From positions 51,854-115,853 of the forward strand of contig JAABTL010000004.1 of the NCBI GenBank assembly GCA_011389865.1: a DNA stretch of 64,000 nucleotides, in the 5' to 3' direction. Position 1 is the first letter of the stretch. Every line of letters begins with the position of its first letter. Below the pieces are notes generated by a model. The model was given only the letters and a program-made list of their open reading frames with translations. It searched no databases and had not been told where the DNA came from. The translations under genes and the position numbers were made by a program. Positions 17,692-26,207 of the stretch are shown one piece after another. This stretch comes from Trueperaceae bacterium. Its GTDB lineage: Bacteria; Deinococcota; Deinococci; Deinococcales; Trueperaceae.

Positions 17692-17882
17692 CCGACCCCG
17701 CCGCCGACCTCGCCCTGCTCGCTCGGGCCGCGCGCGGCGGCGCCTGCGCCGCCTGCCGGCACGCCCGCGTGATCCCCAGCGCGCGCGGTGCCCTGTTCCT
17801 CCGCTGCGATCACCCCGAGCTGCCGCGCTACCCCGTCGTGCCCGTCGTCCGCTGCAGGGGCTTCGCGGGACGCGGCGACTGA
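17688..17882 (+). CDS. possible Cys4 (CX2C-X16-C-X15-C) small protein without a canonical start codon
   Basis: Frame of ORF 17322..17882: ...TDPAADLALLARAARGGACAACRHARVIPSARGALFLRCDHPELPRYPVVPVVRCRGFAGRGD. There is no in-frame ATG/GTG/TTG upstream of the CxxC. CTG 17688 overlaps the upstream TGA as CTGA. Confidence 0.35.
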   Translation: MTDPAADLALLARAARGGACAACRHARVIPSARGALFLRCDHPELPRYPVVPVVRCRGFAGRGD

Positions 17883-17957
17883 CGCCGCCGCGCCGCCGGC
17901 CGCGGGCCGCCGCCGCGCCATGGGCCGCCGCCGCGCCACCCGCCGGCGCCACGTCGC

Positions 17958-18977
17958 CTAACGCGCCGCGACGGCGCTGACCGCGGCCTCGGCCACCGCG
18001 GCGGCCACCACGAAACCCCGGCCCGCCAGCGCGCCGACCCACCACGCGCCCGGCGCGACCTCGCGCAGTTGCGGCCGGTTGCCCTCGCCGTGCGCCCGGA
18101 CGCCCCACCAGGCGGCATCGGTCCGCATCCGCGCCTCCTCGAGGGCCGGCCATGCCCAGCTCAGGTTGGCGACCAGCCTGCGCGCGGTGTCGTCCGGGGC
18201 GGGCCCCGGGGTTCTGTGATGGCCGCCGATGGCGGCCGCAGCGAGCCCGCGTTCGTCGACGACCGGGCCGACGTAGCTCGCCCCCGCCAGTGGCACGGAA
18301 GGGGCCGGCAGCCGGGTGGCGAAGACGTCGCCCGCCAGTCGCTCGAACGCGGGCGCATCACCCAGCGATCGGACCCAAGGCCTGGGCCAGGCCGCCGCGC
18401 CGGTCGCGAGCAGGATGTGGTCGTGGAGCGAGCGTTCGCCGCCGTCGCCGGTCAGCCGCCAGCGGCCGGCGTCCGCGCGTTCGATGGCGGCGACCCGGTG
18501 GCGCTGGCGGGTCGCCGCGTGCGTCGCCGCGTCGGCTGCCAACGCGCCCAGCCACGCGCGCGGGTCGATCCAACCGCCGTCGGCCGCCCAGGCGCCACCG
18601 TGGGGGGAGCGGAACGGCGGCGGCAGCGCGTCGGCGGCGAGCGGCCGCAGGCCCGGCACCTGGGCGAAGGCCCGCGCCTGGCGCGCGCCGTCGGCCAGGC
18701 GCAGCACGCCGCTGCGGTGGGCGCCCGGCGGCAGGCCGGCGACGCGCAGCTCCTCGGCCCAGCGCCAGGTCACGCGCAGCGCCGCGAGGTCGTCGGGATG
18801 CGCGCGGCCGCTGCGGCCGCGGTAGGGGTTGAGCAGGGCGACGGGCACCCCGGACGCGGCGTCGCCGAGCTCCGCTGTCCACCAGTGCACCGCGTGCCCC
18901 GCGCGCGCGAAGGCGCGCGCGAGCGACGCCCCCATGACCCCGCCGCCCACGATGGCCACGTCGGGGCGGCTGCTCAT
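17958..18977 (-). CDS. FAD-dependent oxidoreductase (DAO family), MnmC oxidoreductase-domain-like
   Basis: N-terminal dinucleotide fold DVAIVGGGVMGASLA. ATGA overlap with the upstream MnmC-type methyltransferase ORF. Confidence 0.75.
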   Translation of the reverse strand: MSSRPDVAIVGGGVMGASLARAFARAGHAVHWWTAELGDAASGVPVALLNPYRGRSGRAHPDDLAALRVTWRWAEELRVAGLPPGAHRSGVLRLADGARQARAFAQVPGLRPLAADALPPPFRSPHGGAWAADGGWIDPRAWLGALAADAATHAATRQRHRVAAIERADAGRWRLTGDGGERSLHDHILLATGAAAWPRPWVRSLGDAPAFERLAGDVFATRLPAPSVPLAGASYVGPVVDERGLAAAAIGGHHRTPGPAPDDTARRLVANLSWAWPALEEARMRTDAAWWGVRAHGEGNRPQLREVAPGAWWVGALAGRGFVVAAAVAEAAVSAVAAR

Positions 18978-19834
18978 CGGGTGTCGCCGTCAGCTTCGTC
19001 GCGGGACGCCGTGGGGCGGCTGGCGCGCAGTACCTCGCGCTTGCCGCCGGGCGGCCCCGCGACCTTGCGGACGTGCAGGCCCGCGGCGGCCAACGCGCGC
19101 CGGACGCTGCCGCGGACGCTGTAGCTCACCAGCGCGCCCCCCGGCGCCAGCCGCGCGGCGAGCGCAGCCAGCACCGCGGGGCGCCACGGGTCGGGGTTGA
19201 CCTCGGGCGAGAAGGGGTCGAGGTAGACGGCGTCGTAGGGCGTCTCCGCGGCGGGCGCCGGCGCGCTCTCCGCGGCTTCAGCGGAGCGCAGGCGGTGCTC
19301 GGCGTCGGCCGCGAAGGCCGCGTCGAGCAGCCGATCGATCGGCGCCACCACCAGCTCGAGCTCCACCGTCGCGAAGCGCCAGCGCCGCACGTCGCCGGGC
19401 CTGAGGGCACCCCAGGCGTCGCGGGCGGCGAGCAGCGCGGTGACGAAGGGCGCCGGAGCGAGCGCGCCGAGGTCCGCCAGCCGCAGCGCGGTCGCGGGGA
19501 GCGGCTCCGGTTCCCACGCGCGGTAGTGGAGCGGGGCGCCCGCCGCGAGCGCCGCGGCGGCCGTGCAGGCAAGGTTGGTCGCGGCCCCGAGGCCGACCTC
19601 CAAGACGCGGGTGGCCCGGCCGGAGGCGAGGCGCGCGGCCGCGCCCGAGCCGTCGGCGAAGACGTGGCGTGCCTCGGCGTGGGCACCGCGTTGGGAGCGG
19701 AACGCCTGGCCGTAGCGCGGGCTCCACAGCGCCGGGCTGCCGTCGTCCGTCGTCAGGGCGGTGGGCGACCACAGCGCGGTCGCGTCCTCGAGTTCGCCGG
19801 GGGATTCAGCGGGGCGTGACGGGGTCGGCCTCAC
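18974..19834 (-). CDS. mnmD: tRNA (mnm5s2U34) methyltransferase, stand-alone MnmC methyltransferase domain (MnmD/DUF752-like)
   Basis: RVLEVGLGAATN (SAM motif I) and DAVYLDPFSPEVNPDPW (compare the MnmC D-x-F-x-LDGF-x-P-x-x-NP-x-x-W motif). GTG start with TGcTAGCCT 6 nt upstream. Confidence 0.8.
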   Translation of the reverse strand: MRPTPSRPAESPGELEDATALWSPTALTTDDGSPALWSPRYGQAFRSQRGAHAEARHVFADGSGAAARLASGRATRVLEVGLGAATNLACTAAAALAAGAPLHYRAWEPEPLPATALRLADLGALAPAPFVTALLAARDAWGALRPGDVRRWRFATVELELVVAPIDRLLDAAFAADAEHRLRSAEAAESAPAPAAETPYDAVYLDPFSPEVNPDPWRPAVLAALAARLAPGGALVSYSVRGSVRRALAAAGLHVRKVAGPPGGKREVLRASRPTASRDEADGDTR

Positions 19835-19840
19835 CCCCCG

Positions 19841-19849
19841 AGGCTAGCA
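19841..19849 (-). promoter_or_regulatory. extended -10 TGcTAGCCT for the mnmC-type operon (leaderless)
   Basis: Minus-strand TGCTAGCCT, then 6 nt, then GTG 19834. Confidence 0.55.
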
Positions 19850-19944
19850 GGCGTGCCGCGAACGCGCCCGGCCCGCGCCGCCGCCACGTATCCTGGGGCT
19901 GTCGGGCGGCGGCCCGACCCGGGAGGCGGTCCTTGGAGACCACC

Positions 19945-20949
19945 GTGCGTCGCATCCTCGAATCCGCTGCTGCCTTCGGCGAAGCGGCCTGGGCGTGGTG
20001 GAGCGATCTCGCCGCCGAGGCCTCGTGGCCGCCGGCACTGGGCCCGTGGCTGCTGGCGCTGGTCGTGCTGCTGCTGCTGGCCGCCCTGCGACGGCGCGAT
20101 CCGCCGCCGCTCGAGGTGCGCCCGCCGCAGCTGTTGATCACGCAGGGCGAGGTCCTGCCCGAGGGTGGCGCTCAGGGGACCGGGCGGCGCCGGCGGCGGC
20201 CCGGCGACCCCGGCGCGGCGGCAGCGGGTCGCCTGACGATGACGTTGTCGAACCTCAGCCGCTACCCCGTGCAGGTGCTCGAGGTGGCGCTGCGGCAGGA
20301 GTCGCGCGGGGCGCCCCGGGTGGCGGAGCTGGAGGCGGTCGTGCCGCCACTGGGCGCGCTGGAGCTCGACGCGCGCGTGCCGCTCGGCCTCTCGGGCGAC
20401 GGCTGGCTCGACGTCTACTGCTATGCCGCAGCGCCCCGCCAGAAGCTGCACCGCCACCGCGCCGAGCTGGTGTGGGAACCGTGGGTGTCGCGCTTCAAGG
20501 TCGCGCCGATGGAGCAGGCGACCGCGGCGGCCAAGCGCCTCGCGAGTGACGAGCGGAACGCCGTGTTCGAGCTGCCCGAACCGCCCGCGGAGGTGGCGGT
20601 GGTGGTGGCGGCGGCCAAGACCGCGGCGCGTGTGGCGCCGGCCAAGACGACGGTGCGGGGGGTGGCGCCGGGCGGGGACGCGGCCGCGCGCCGAGACGCG
20701 GTGCGGGTGTCGGCGGCGGTGCCGCCCGCCGCCAAGGACGACCCCGAACGGACCCCGGAGCCGACGAAGCCTGCCGCCGACGCGACCCCGCTCGGGGCGC
20801 TGTGGGCGCGCTTGCCGAAGGGCGGCGCCGGCCGAGGTGCGGCGGCGGACGAGCGGGAGGCCGGTGAGCGCGGCGACGCACCCGTGCGACCCGAGGGGGC
20901 GGAGGCCCGGAAGCGTCGTCCGAAGCTCGAGTTCCCCGAGGACTTCTGA
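19945..20949 (+). CDS. hypothetical membrane-anchored protein with a disordered Ala/Pro-rich tail
   Basis: ORF 19669..20949 trimmed to GTG 19945 (GGAGG/GGAGAC upstream). One TM (LGPWLLALVVLLLLAAL), a roughly 110-aa globular segment, then a low-complexity tail ending RRPKLEFPEDF. Confidence 0.55.
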   Translation: MRRILESAAAFGEAAWAWWSDLAAEASWPPALGPWLLALVVLLLLAALRRRDPPPLEVRPPQLLITQGEVLPEGGAQGTGRRRRRPGDPGAAAAGRLTMTLSNLSRYPVQVLEVALRQESRGAPRVAELEAVVPPLGALELDARVPLGLSGDGWLDVYCYAAAPRQKLHRHRAELVWEPWVSRFKVAPMEQATAAAKRLASDERNAVFELPEPPAEVAVVVAAAKTAARVAPAKTTVRGVAPGGDAAARRDAVRVSAAVPPAAKDDPERTPEPTKPAADATPLGALWARLPKGGAGRGAAADEREAGERGDAPVRPEGAEARKRRPKLEFPEDF

Positions 20950-21037
20950 GGCCGGCGCAGTGCCGCCGGTGGGCCGGGCGGCCGACCGTGGCCCCGCCGA
21001 CCGAGTGCCCGGACCGTCCGGCCGTACCATCGGCGGC

Positions 21038-21928
21038 GTGACGAACCCTTCGCATCCGCAACCTCCCGTGGCCCTGATCACCGGCGCCAGCACTGGCATC
21101 GGCCGGGTCACCGCGCGCGACCTGGCGGCGCGCGGCCATACCGTCGTGACCGTCTCCCGGCCGAGCGGCCGCGGGGCGCAGGTGGCCGACGAGCTCCGCC
21201 GCGAGACCGGCGGCGACGTCCATCATCTCGGCTTCGACCTCAGCCTCGTGGCCGAGTCCCGGGCCATGGTCGCGGCCTTCCGCGAGCGCTGGTCGCGCCT
21301 CGACGCCCTCGTTCTGAACGCCGGTGTCTACGTCGGTCGCCGGCGTGAGACCGCCGAGGGCATCGAGCTCACCTGGGCGCTCAACCACCTGGGGGTGTTC
21401 GTGCCCGCCGTCCTGTTGGCGGACCTGCTCGTCGCGTCCGCGCCGGCCAGGGTCGTGGTGACGTCGTCGAACGCCGCGATGGCCGGGCGCATGCGCTGGG
21501 ACGACCTGGAGAGGCGGCGCTACGACGGCATGGGTGCCTACGCCCAGTCGAAGCTCGCCAACCAGCTGTTCACCGTCGCCTTCGCGCGCCGCCTGGCGGA
21601 CACCGGCGTGAGCGTGCACGCGATGCACCCTGGCTTCGTGGCCAGCGAGTTCGGCGGCGACTCGGGCTGGCTCACGCCGCTGATTCGCCTCGCGCAGCGG
21701 ACGTTCGGCCGCAGTCCCGAGGAGGGCGCCGACACGCTCACCTTCCTGGCGACGGACCCGGCGGCGCTGGCATCGACCGGGCGCTACTGGGTCGATCGCC
21801 GGCAGCGCCCGATGGCGCCCGTCGCCCGCGAGGGGGACGCCGCCGAGCGGCTGTGGACGCTCTCCGAGAGGCAGGCGGGGTTGACCGACGACGAGCTCGC
21901 GCCGCTGCGGGCGCTAGCGGCCCGCTGA
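21038..21928 (+). CDS. SDR-family oxidoreductase (retinol dehydrogenase-like)
   Basis: ALITGASTGIGR (TGxxxGxG), NAGV, YAQSKLAN (YxxxK). GTG start with TACCAT 7 nt upstream. Confidence 0.88.
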   Translation: MTNPSHPQPPVALITGASTGIGRVTARDLAARGHTVVTVSRPSGRGAQVADELRRETGGDVHHLGFDLSLVAESRAMVAAFRERWSRLDALVLNAGVYVGRRRETAEGIELTWALNHLGVFVPAVLLADLLVASAPARVVVTSSNAAMAGRMRWDDLERRRYDGMGAYAQSKLANQLFTVAFARRLADTGVSVHAMHPGFVASEFGGDSGWLTPLIRLAQRTFGRSPEEGADTLTFLATDPAALASTGRYWVDRRQRPMAPVAREGDAAERLWTLSERQAGLTDDELAPLRALAAR

Positions 21929-22026
21929 AGCGCGCCGACTGACGCGCCGGCCCCGCCGCCATGCGGACCAGCTGACGCGGCCCGCCGCAACGGCTGGCCA
22001 GGCGGTCGAGCCTGCTCGACGGGGGA

Positions 22027-22833
22027 TCAGGCGAGCGCGACGCCCAGGTCGAGCAGCTGCGTCAGGCGCGCGTGAAGGTGGCCGTTGGTGGCGATCATCG
22101 CGGCGTCGTCCCAGCGGTAGGGGGCACCGGTCGGGCCGGTGACGGTGCCCCCGGCTTCGCGCACGATGAGCATCCCCGCGGCGACGTCCCAGGCGTTGAG
22201 CTGCAGCTCCCAGAAGCCGTCGTAGCGTCCGCAGGCGACGTGGCAGACGTCGAGGGCGGCGGCGCCCGGCCGGCGCACCGCGCGCGCCTTGGGGAGCACG
22301 CGTCCGAGGATCTCGAGGTTGCGGCCGACCGCCTCGCCGCCGTAGGCGAAGCCGGTGCCGAGCATGGCGCGGCCGATCTCGGTGGTGCGACTGACCGCGA
22401 TGGGGACGCCGTCGAGCGTGGCGCCGCCACCGAGGGTGGCCGCGAAGCGCTCGCCGTGGGCGGTGTCGAGCACGACGCCGACCACGACCTCGCCGTCGAC
22501 CTCGAGCGCGATCGAGACGCAGTAGATCGGGAAGCCGTGGGCGTAGTTGACGGTCCCGTCGAGGGGGTCGACGATCCAGCGATGCCGGGCGTCGCCGGCG
22601 GCCTGGCCGCCCTCCTCACCCAACACGACGTGATCGGGGAAGGCGGCGGCCACCTCGGCGCGGATGGCGGTCTCGGAGAGGCGATCGACCTCGGTCACGA
22701 GGTCGATCGCGGAGGACTTGGTGGTGATCTCGAGATGGCCGCCGGCGTGCCCGCGGTGGATGCGAGCCGCCGCGTCGGCGGCGCGGTGGGCGACGGTCAG
22801 GGCGTCGGCGAGGAAGGCGCGATCGTGGGCCAT
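22027..22833 (-). CDS. inositol monophosphatase family protein (SuhB-like)
   Basis: VLGEEGG, WIVDPLDGTVNYAHG, WDVAAG motifs. Start trimmed to MAHDRAFLAD (ATG 22833). Confidence 0.9.
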   Translation of the reverse strand: MAHDRAFLADALTVAHRAADAAARIHRGHAGGHLEITTKSSAIDLVTEVDRLSETAIRAEVAAAFPDHVVLGEEGGQAAGDARHRWIVDPLDGTVNYAHGFPIYCVSIALEVDGEVVVGVVLDTAHGERFAATLGGGATLDGVPIAVSRTTEIGRAMLGTGFAYGGEAVGRNLEILGRVLPKARAVRRPGAAALDVCHVACGRYDGFWELQLNAWDVAAGMLIVREAGGTVTGPTGAPYRWDDAAMIATNGHLHARLTQLLDLGVALA

Positions 22834-22850
22834 GCGCTGAGGGTACCGCT

Positions 22851-24287
22851 TCACCCCTGGGGCGTCGCCGGCGAGCACGCGTCGCGGGTGTCCGGGGGCG
22901 GCGCGGCGTCCTCGGCGCGGCCGTCGGCGGCGGCCTTCGCCGGCGCCGACGGGGCGCTCGCCCGGTCGAGCGCGCGCTCTCCCGGCTCGAGGATCAGGCG
23001 GGCGTGGCGGTCGTAGGTGAACCACTCGAAGGCCCAGCCGATCAGCGCGCGCAGCCGGTTCTGGTGGCCGGGGAGGTGGACGAGGTGGATGAACAGCCAC
23101 GCCAGCCAGCCCAGCAGGCCGCGCAGGCGCATCCCCCCGAGGCCGCGCGAGAGCTCGGCGACGCCGGCGGAGCGACCGATGATCGCCATCTGCCCGAGGT
23201 CGAGGTAGCGGAAGGGTCGCGTGGGCCGGCCGGCGAACCGTGCCCGCAGGCTGCGGGCGACGTGGGCGCCCTGCTGCTTGGCCACCTGCGCCACCTGGGG
23301 GAGGGGTGGGGCCGTCCCGACGCTGCCCGCGACGTCGCCGGCCAGCCACACGCGCGGCTGCCCGGGGAGCGACAGGTCGTCGTCGACCGGCACCCGTCCG
23401 GCCCGGTCGAGCGGCACGCCCAGGGCCTCCGCGAGCGGGTGGGCGCGCACGCCTGCCGCCCACACCAGCGTCCCGTAGCGCAGCGCGCTGCCGTCGGCCA
23501 GGTGCACGTGGGTCGCGGTGGCCTCGCGCACGATCGCGCCGGTGCGCAGGTCGACGCCGCGGCCGCGCAGGACCCGCGCCGCGTAGTCGCGGGTCGCCGG
23601 CTGGTAGGGCGCCAGCACGTGGGGCGCCGCCTCGAGGAGGACGACCCGCGCCCGCCCGAGATCGAGTTCCGGGTAGTCGGAGGGGAGGACGCGGTCGAAC
23701 AGCTCGACCATCGCGCCCGCCATCTCGACGCCCGTGGGTCCCGCGCCGACGACGACGACGTCGAGCGCGCCCTCGGCGATCGCCGTCGGGTCGCGGGCCG
23801 CGTCCTCGAGGAGGCGCAGGAGGTGGCCGCGGAGGGCCAGGGCCTCGGCCGCGCTCTTCAGGACGTAGGCGTGCTCCCGCACCCCGGGGATCCCGAAGTC
23901 GTGGTAAACGGCGCCCGGCGTCAGGACGAGGTGGTCGTAGGCCATCGTCTCGCTGCGGGGCAGGGCGCTGAGGCCGACGGGATCGGCCGGCGAGCGGCCG
24001 GTTTCGAGGGTCAGCTGCTGCCCGGCGAGGTCGATGCCCACGACCCGGCCCATGCGGAAGCGGGCGTGCGGGGCATCGCGCAGCACGTCGCGGACCTGGT
24101 GCGCCACGTCGCCGGCATCGAGCGCGGCGGTGGCCACCTGGTACAGCAGCGGCTGGAAGGTGTGGTGGTTGCGCTGGTCGACGAGCGTGACGTCGGCGCC
24201 GGCGCCGCGCAGGCCGCGAACGACGCTCAGGCCGGCGAAGCCGGCACCGACGACGACCACGTGGGGTCTGCGGTGGGTGGTGGGCAT
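22851..24287 (-). CDS. ndh: type II NADH:quinone oxidoreductase (NDH-2)
   Basis: HVVVVGAGFAGL and DVVVVGAGPTGVE (two Rossmann GxGxxG motifs), FQPLLYQVA. Start trimmed to MPTTHRRP (GAGAGGAG SD). Confidence 0.9.
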   Translation of the reverse strand: MPTTHRRPHVVVVGAGFAGLSVVRGLRGAGADVTLVDQRNHHTFQPLLYQVATAALDAGDVAHQVRDVLRDAPHARFRMGRVVGIDLAGQQLTLETGRSPADPVGLSALPRSETMAYDHLVLTPGAVYHDFGIPGVREHAYVLKSAAEALALRGHLLRLLEDAARDPTAIAEGALDVVVVGAGPTGVEMAGAMVELFDRVLPSDYPELDLGRARVVLLEAAPHVLAPYQPATRDYAARVLRGRGVDLRTGAIVREATATHVHLADGSALRYGTLVWAAGVRAHPLAEALGVPLDRAGRVPVDDDLSLPGQPRVWLAGDVAGSVGTAPPLPQVAQVAKQQGAHVARSLRARFAGRPTRPFRYLDLGQMAIIGRSAGVAELSRGLGGMRLRGLLGWLAWLFIHLVHLPGHQNRLRALIGWAFEWFTYDRHARLILEPGERALDRASAPSAPAKAAADGRAEDAAPPPDTRDACSPATPQG

Positions 24288-24311
24288 GGCGCTCCTCTCG
24301 GGACGGCGGCT

Positions 24312-24366
24312 CGGGACCGCGGGATGCGGGGGCCGCAAGATGCGGGACCGCGGGATGCGGGGCCGC
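24312..24366. repeat. tandem duplication (about 24 bp units, 31-bp period) upstream of ndh; the 8-mer GATGCGGG occurs three times
   Basis: cgggaccgcgggatgcgggggccgc at 24312-24336 and cgggaccgcgggatgcggggccgc at 24343-24366. GATGCGGG at 24323, 24339 and 24354. Confidence 0.7.
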
Positions 24367-24368
24367 GC

Positions 24369-24382
24369 GGGACGAACGTCCC
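24369..24382. promoter_or_regulatory. perfect palindrome GGGACG-AA-CGTCCC upstream of ndh (candidate operator)
   Basis: 14-bp dyad read directly. It lies about 85 nt upstream of the ndh ATG, adjacent to the tandem repeat. Confidence 0.35.
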
Positions 24383-24483
24383 AGGAGCGCAGCATGCACC
24401 AAACTTCACGAGGCGTCGGTGGCCGGGCCTACCGTGCGCGCCGTCGCCTCGGCGCCGGCGGGCGGCCCGCGCCAAGCGGCCGG

Positions 24484-25323
24484 CTAGCGCGCCATCTCGA
24501 GCGCGATGCGGCGCCCGGTCGGGGTGTCGGCGATGCCGCCCTCGCCGGTCTCGCGCAGCTCGGGGGGCAGCAGCCGGCCCACCGACGCCATCGCCAGGAC
24601 CACCTCGTCGGGTGGGATCGGCGACGTGACGCCGGCCAGTGCGAGCTGCGCCGAGGCCACCGCATGGACCGAGTAGAAGGCGTTGCGCGAGACGCAGGGA
24701 ACCTCGACGTAGCCACCGACCGGGTCGCACACGAGGCCGATCGTGTTCATCAGGGCCATCGCCGCGGCGTGGACGGACGCCGCCGCGTCGCCACCCATCG
24801 CCTCGGTGACCGCCGCCGCCGCCATCGCGGCCGAAGAGCCGATCTCCGCCTGGCAGCCGCCCGTGGAGCCGGCGATGAACATCGACTGCGAGATCACCTG
24901 CCCGATGCCGCCGGCGAGGGCCAGCGGCCCCAGCAGGCGGTCCTCGTCGAGGCCGAGGTGATCGGCGACGCCGAGCAGCGCGCCCGGCAGCGTGCCCGCC
25001 GAGCCCGCCGTCGGCGCCGCCACGATGCGACCCATGCGGGCGTTCTCCTCGTTCACCGCCATCGCGTACGCCTGCACGCGCTGCAGCAGCGGGGCACGCA
25101 GCTCGTCGGGGGCGTTCCACAGCGTCTTGGCGTTCCAGCCGACCATGCCCGTGCGGCTCTTGGCGTCGCTCTCGAGCCCCCGTTCGATCGACGCGCGCAT
25201 CTCTCGCAGGCGTCCGCGCAGACCCTCCAGCACGCGCGCGCGCTCGACGGGGGTGGCGGCCTCGTCGGCGAGGACCAGGTCGGACGCCGGGCCGGGGGCG
25301 GCGGCGAGGTCGGCGAGGGTCAC
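24484..25323 (-). CDS. sdaAA: L-serine ammonia-lyase (Fe-S dependent), alpha subunit
   Basis: [55 protein letters not shown] overlap with sdaAB. Confidence 0.93.
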   Translation of the reverse strand: MTLADLAAAPGPASDLVLADEAATPVERARVLEGLRGRLREMRASIERGLESDAKSRTGMVGWNAKTLWNAPDELRAPLLQRVQAYAMAVNEENARMGRIVAAPTAGSAGTLPGALLGVADHLGLDEDRLLGPLALAGGIGQVISQSMFIAGSTGGCQAEIGSSAAMAAAAVTEAMGGDAAASVHAAAMALMNTIGLVCDPVGGYVEVPCVSRNAFYSVHAVASAQLALAGVTSPIPPDEVVLAMASVGRLLPPELRETGEGGIADTPTGRRIALEMAR

Positions 25324-26042
25324 GACGCGACCTCCGTTTCCGCCGACACGCCCTGCGACTCGACCGCGTCGCCGTCGGGCCCCCGCATCACCTCGGGCAG
25401 CTCCCGCAGCCAGGTGACGTAGCGCAGGTGCCGCAGGTAGTCGCGGGCCGGTGCCGTCAGCGGGCGGTCGATCTCGATCGACATCATCGCGTCGCCGCCG
25501 CGCTTGCGGCGGGCGCTGACCAGCGTGGCGATGTTGACGTCGTCGTCGGCGATCACGCGCGCCACGCGGGCGATGACGCCGGGCGTGTCGAGGTGGCGGA
25601 GCAGCAACGTGGGGTGGCTACCGGAGAAATCGATCCGGAAGCCGTCCACGTCGAAGACGCGAACCAGGCCGCCGCCGAGGCTGGAGCCGGTGAGCATGAC
25701 GCGCTCGCCCTCGCCCTCGAGGACCGCGCGCACCGAGTTCGGGTGCACGTCGCCGAGGTCGGCGGTGGCGAAGTCGACGTCCAGGCCGCGCGCGGCGGCC
25801 TCGTCGAGGGCGCGCGGGATCATCGGGTCGTCGGGGAAGGCGCCGAGCGTGCCCGCGATCAACGCGAGGTCGGTACCGTGGCCGCGGGCGGTCTTGGCGA
25901 AGGAGCCGTGCAGGGTGAAGCGCGCGCGCCGGGGCTCGGCACCGAACGCGTGGCGGGCGAGCAGCGCCAGCCGGCAGGCGCCGGCGGTGTGGCTCGAGGA
26001 GGGACCGACCATGACGGGGCCGATGACGTCGAGGAGGCTCAT
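25320..26042 (-). CDS. sdaAB: L-serine ammonia-lyase (Fe-S dependent), beta subunit (with ACT domain)
   Basis: [22 protein letters not shown]... plus a C-terminal ACT-like region ([19 protein letters not shown]). TACACT -10 lies 8 nt upstream. Confidence 0.93.
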   Translation of the reverse strand: MSLLDVIGPVMVGPSSSHTAGACRLALLARHAFGAEPRRARFTLHGSFAKTARGHGTDLALIAGTLGAFPDDPMIPRALDEAAARGLDVDFATADLGDVHPNSVRAVLEGEGERVMLTGSSLGGGLVRVFDVDGFRIDFSGSHPTLLLRHLDTPGVIARVARVIADDDVNIATLVSARRKRGGDAMMSIEIDRPLTAPARDYLRHLRYVTWLRELPEVMRGPDGDAVESQGVSAETEVAS

Positions 26043-26120
26043 GGTGGCGCAGTGTAGCGGAGGCGTGGCGGCGTTTCGCCGCGCGCCGCGACGGTGCTTC
26101 CCCGCCCCGCGAGGCGGTGC

Positions 26121-26149
26121 GTCGACACCCCAGAACGCGGGGTGTCGAC
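26121..26149 (-). terminator. second GC hairpin downstream of hup (11-bp stem, 7-nt loop)
   Basis: gtcgacacccc-agaacgc-ggggtgtcgac. No U-tract. Confidence 0.35.
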
Positions 26150-26157
26150 GCCATGAG

Positions 26158-26185
26158 AACGGCGGGCCCGCGAGGACCCGCCGTT
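26158..26185 (-). terminator. hairpin immediately downstream of hup (9-bp stem aacggcggg/cccgccgtt)
   Basis: Read directly. It lies 22 nt after the hup stop. No U-tract. Confidence 0.45.
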
Positions 26186-26207
26186 GGCGTCGAGCGTCAT
26201 GCCAGGC

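Noticed and set aside
22027-24402. 791-aa minus ORF that appears to fuse the inositol monophosphatase to a long N-terminal extension across the ndh gene.
   Set aside because: Only the C-terminal 268 aa (from ATG 22833) carry IMPase motifs and have a -10 box just upstream. The extension is off-frame junk overlapping the genuine NDH-2 reading frame.
24395-24412. Possible Rex (redox repressor) operator upstream of ndh (TGCACCAAACTTCACG).
   Set aside because: Only the right half (TTCACG) resembles the TTCACA half-site as I recall it. The left half does not match TGTGAA, so this is not a credible Rex box.
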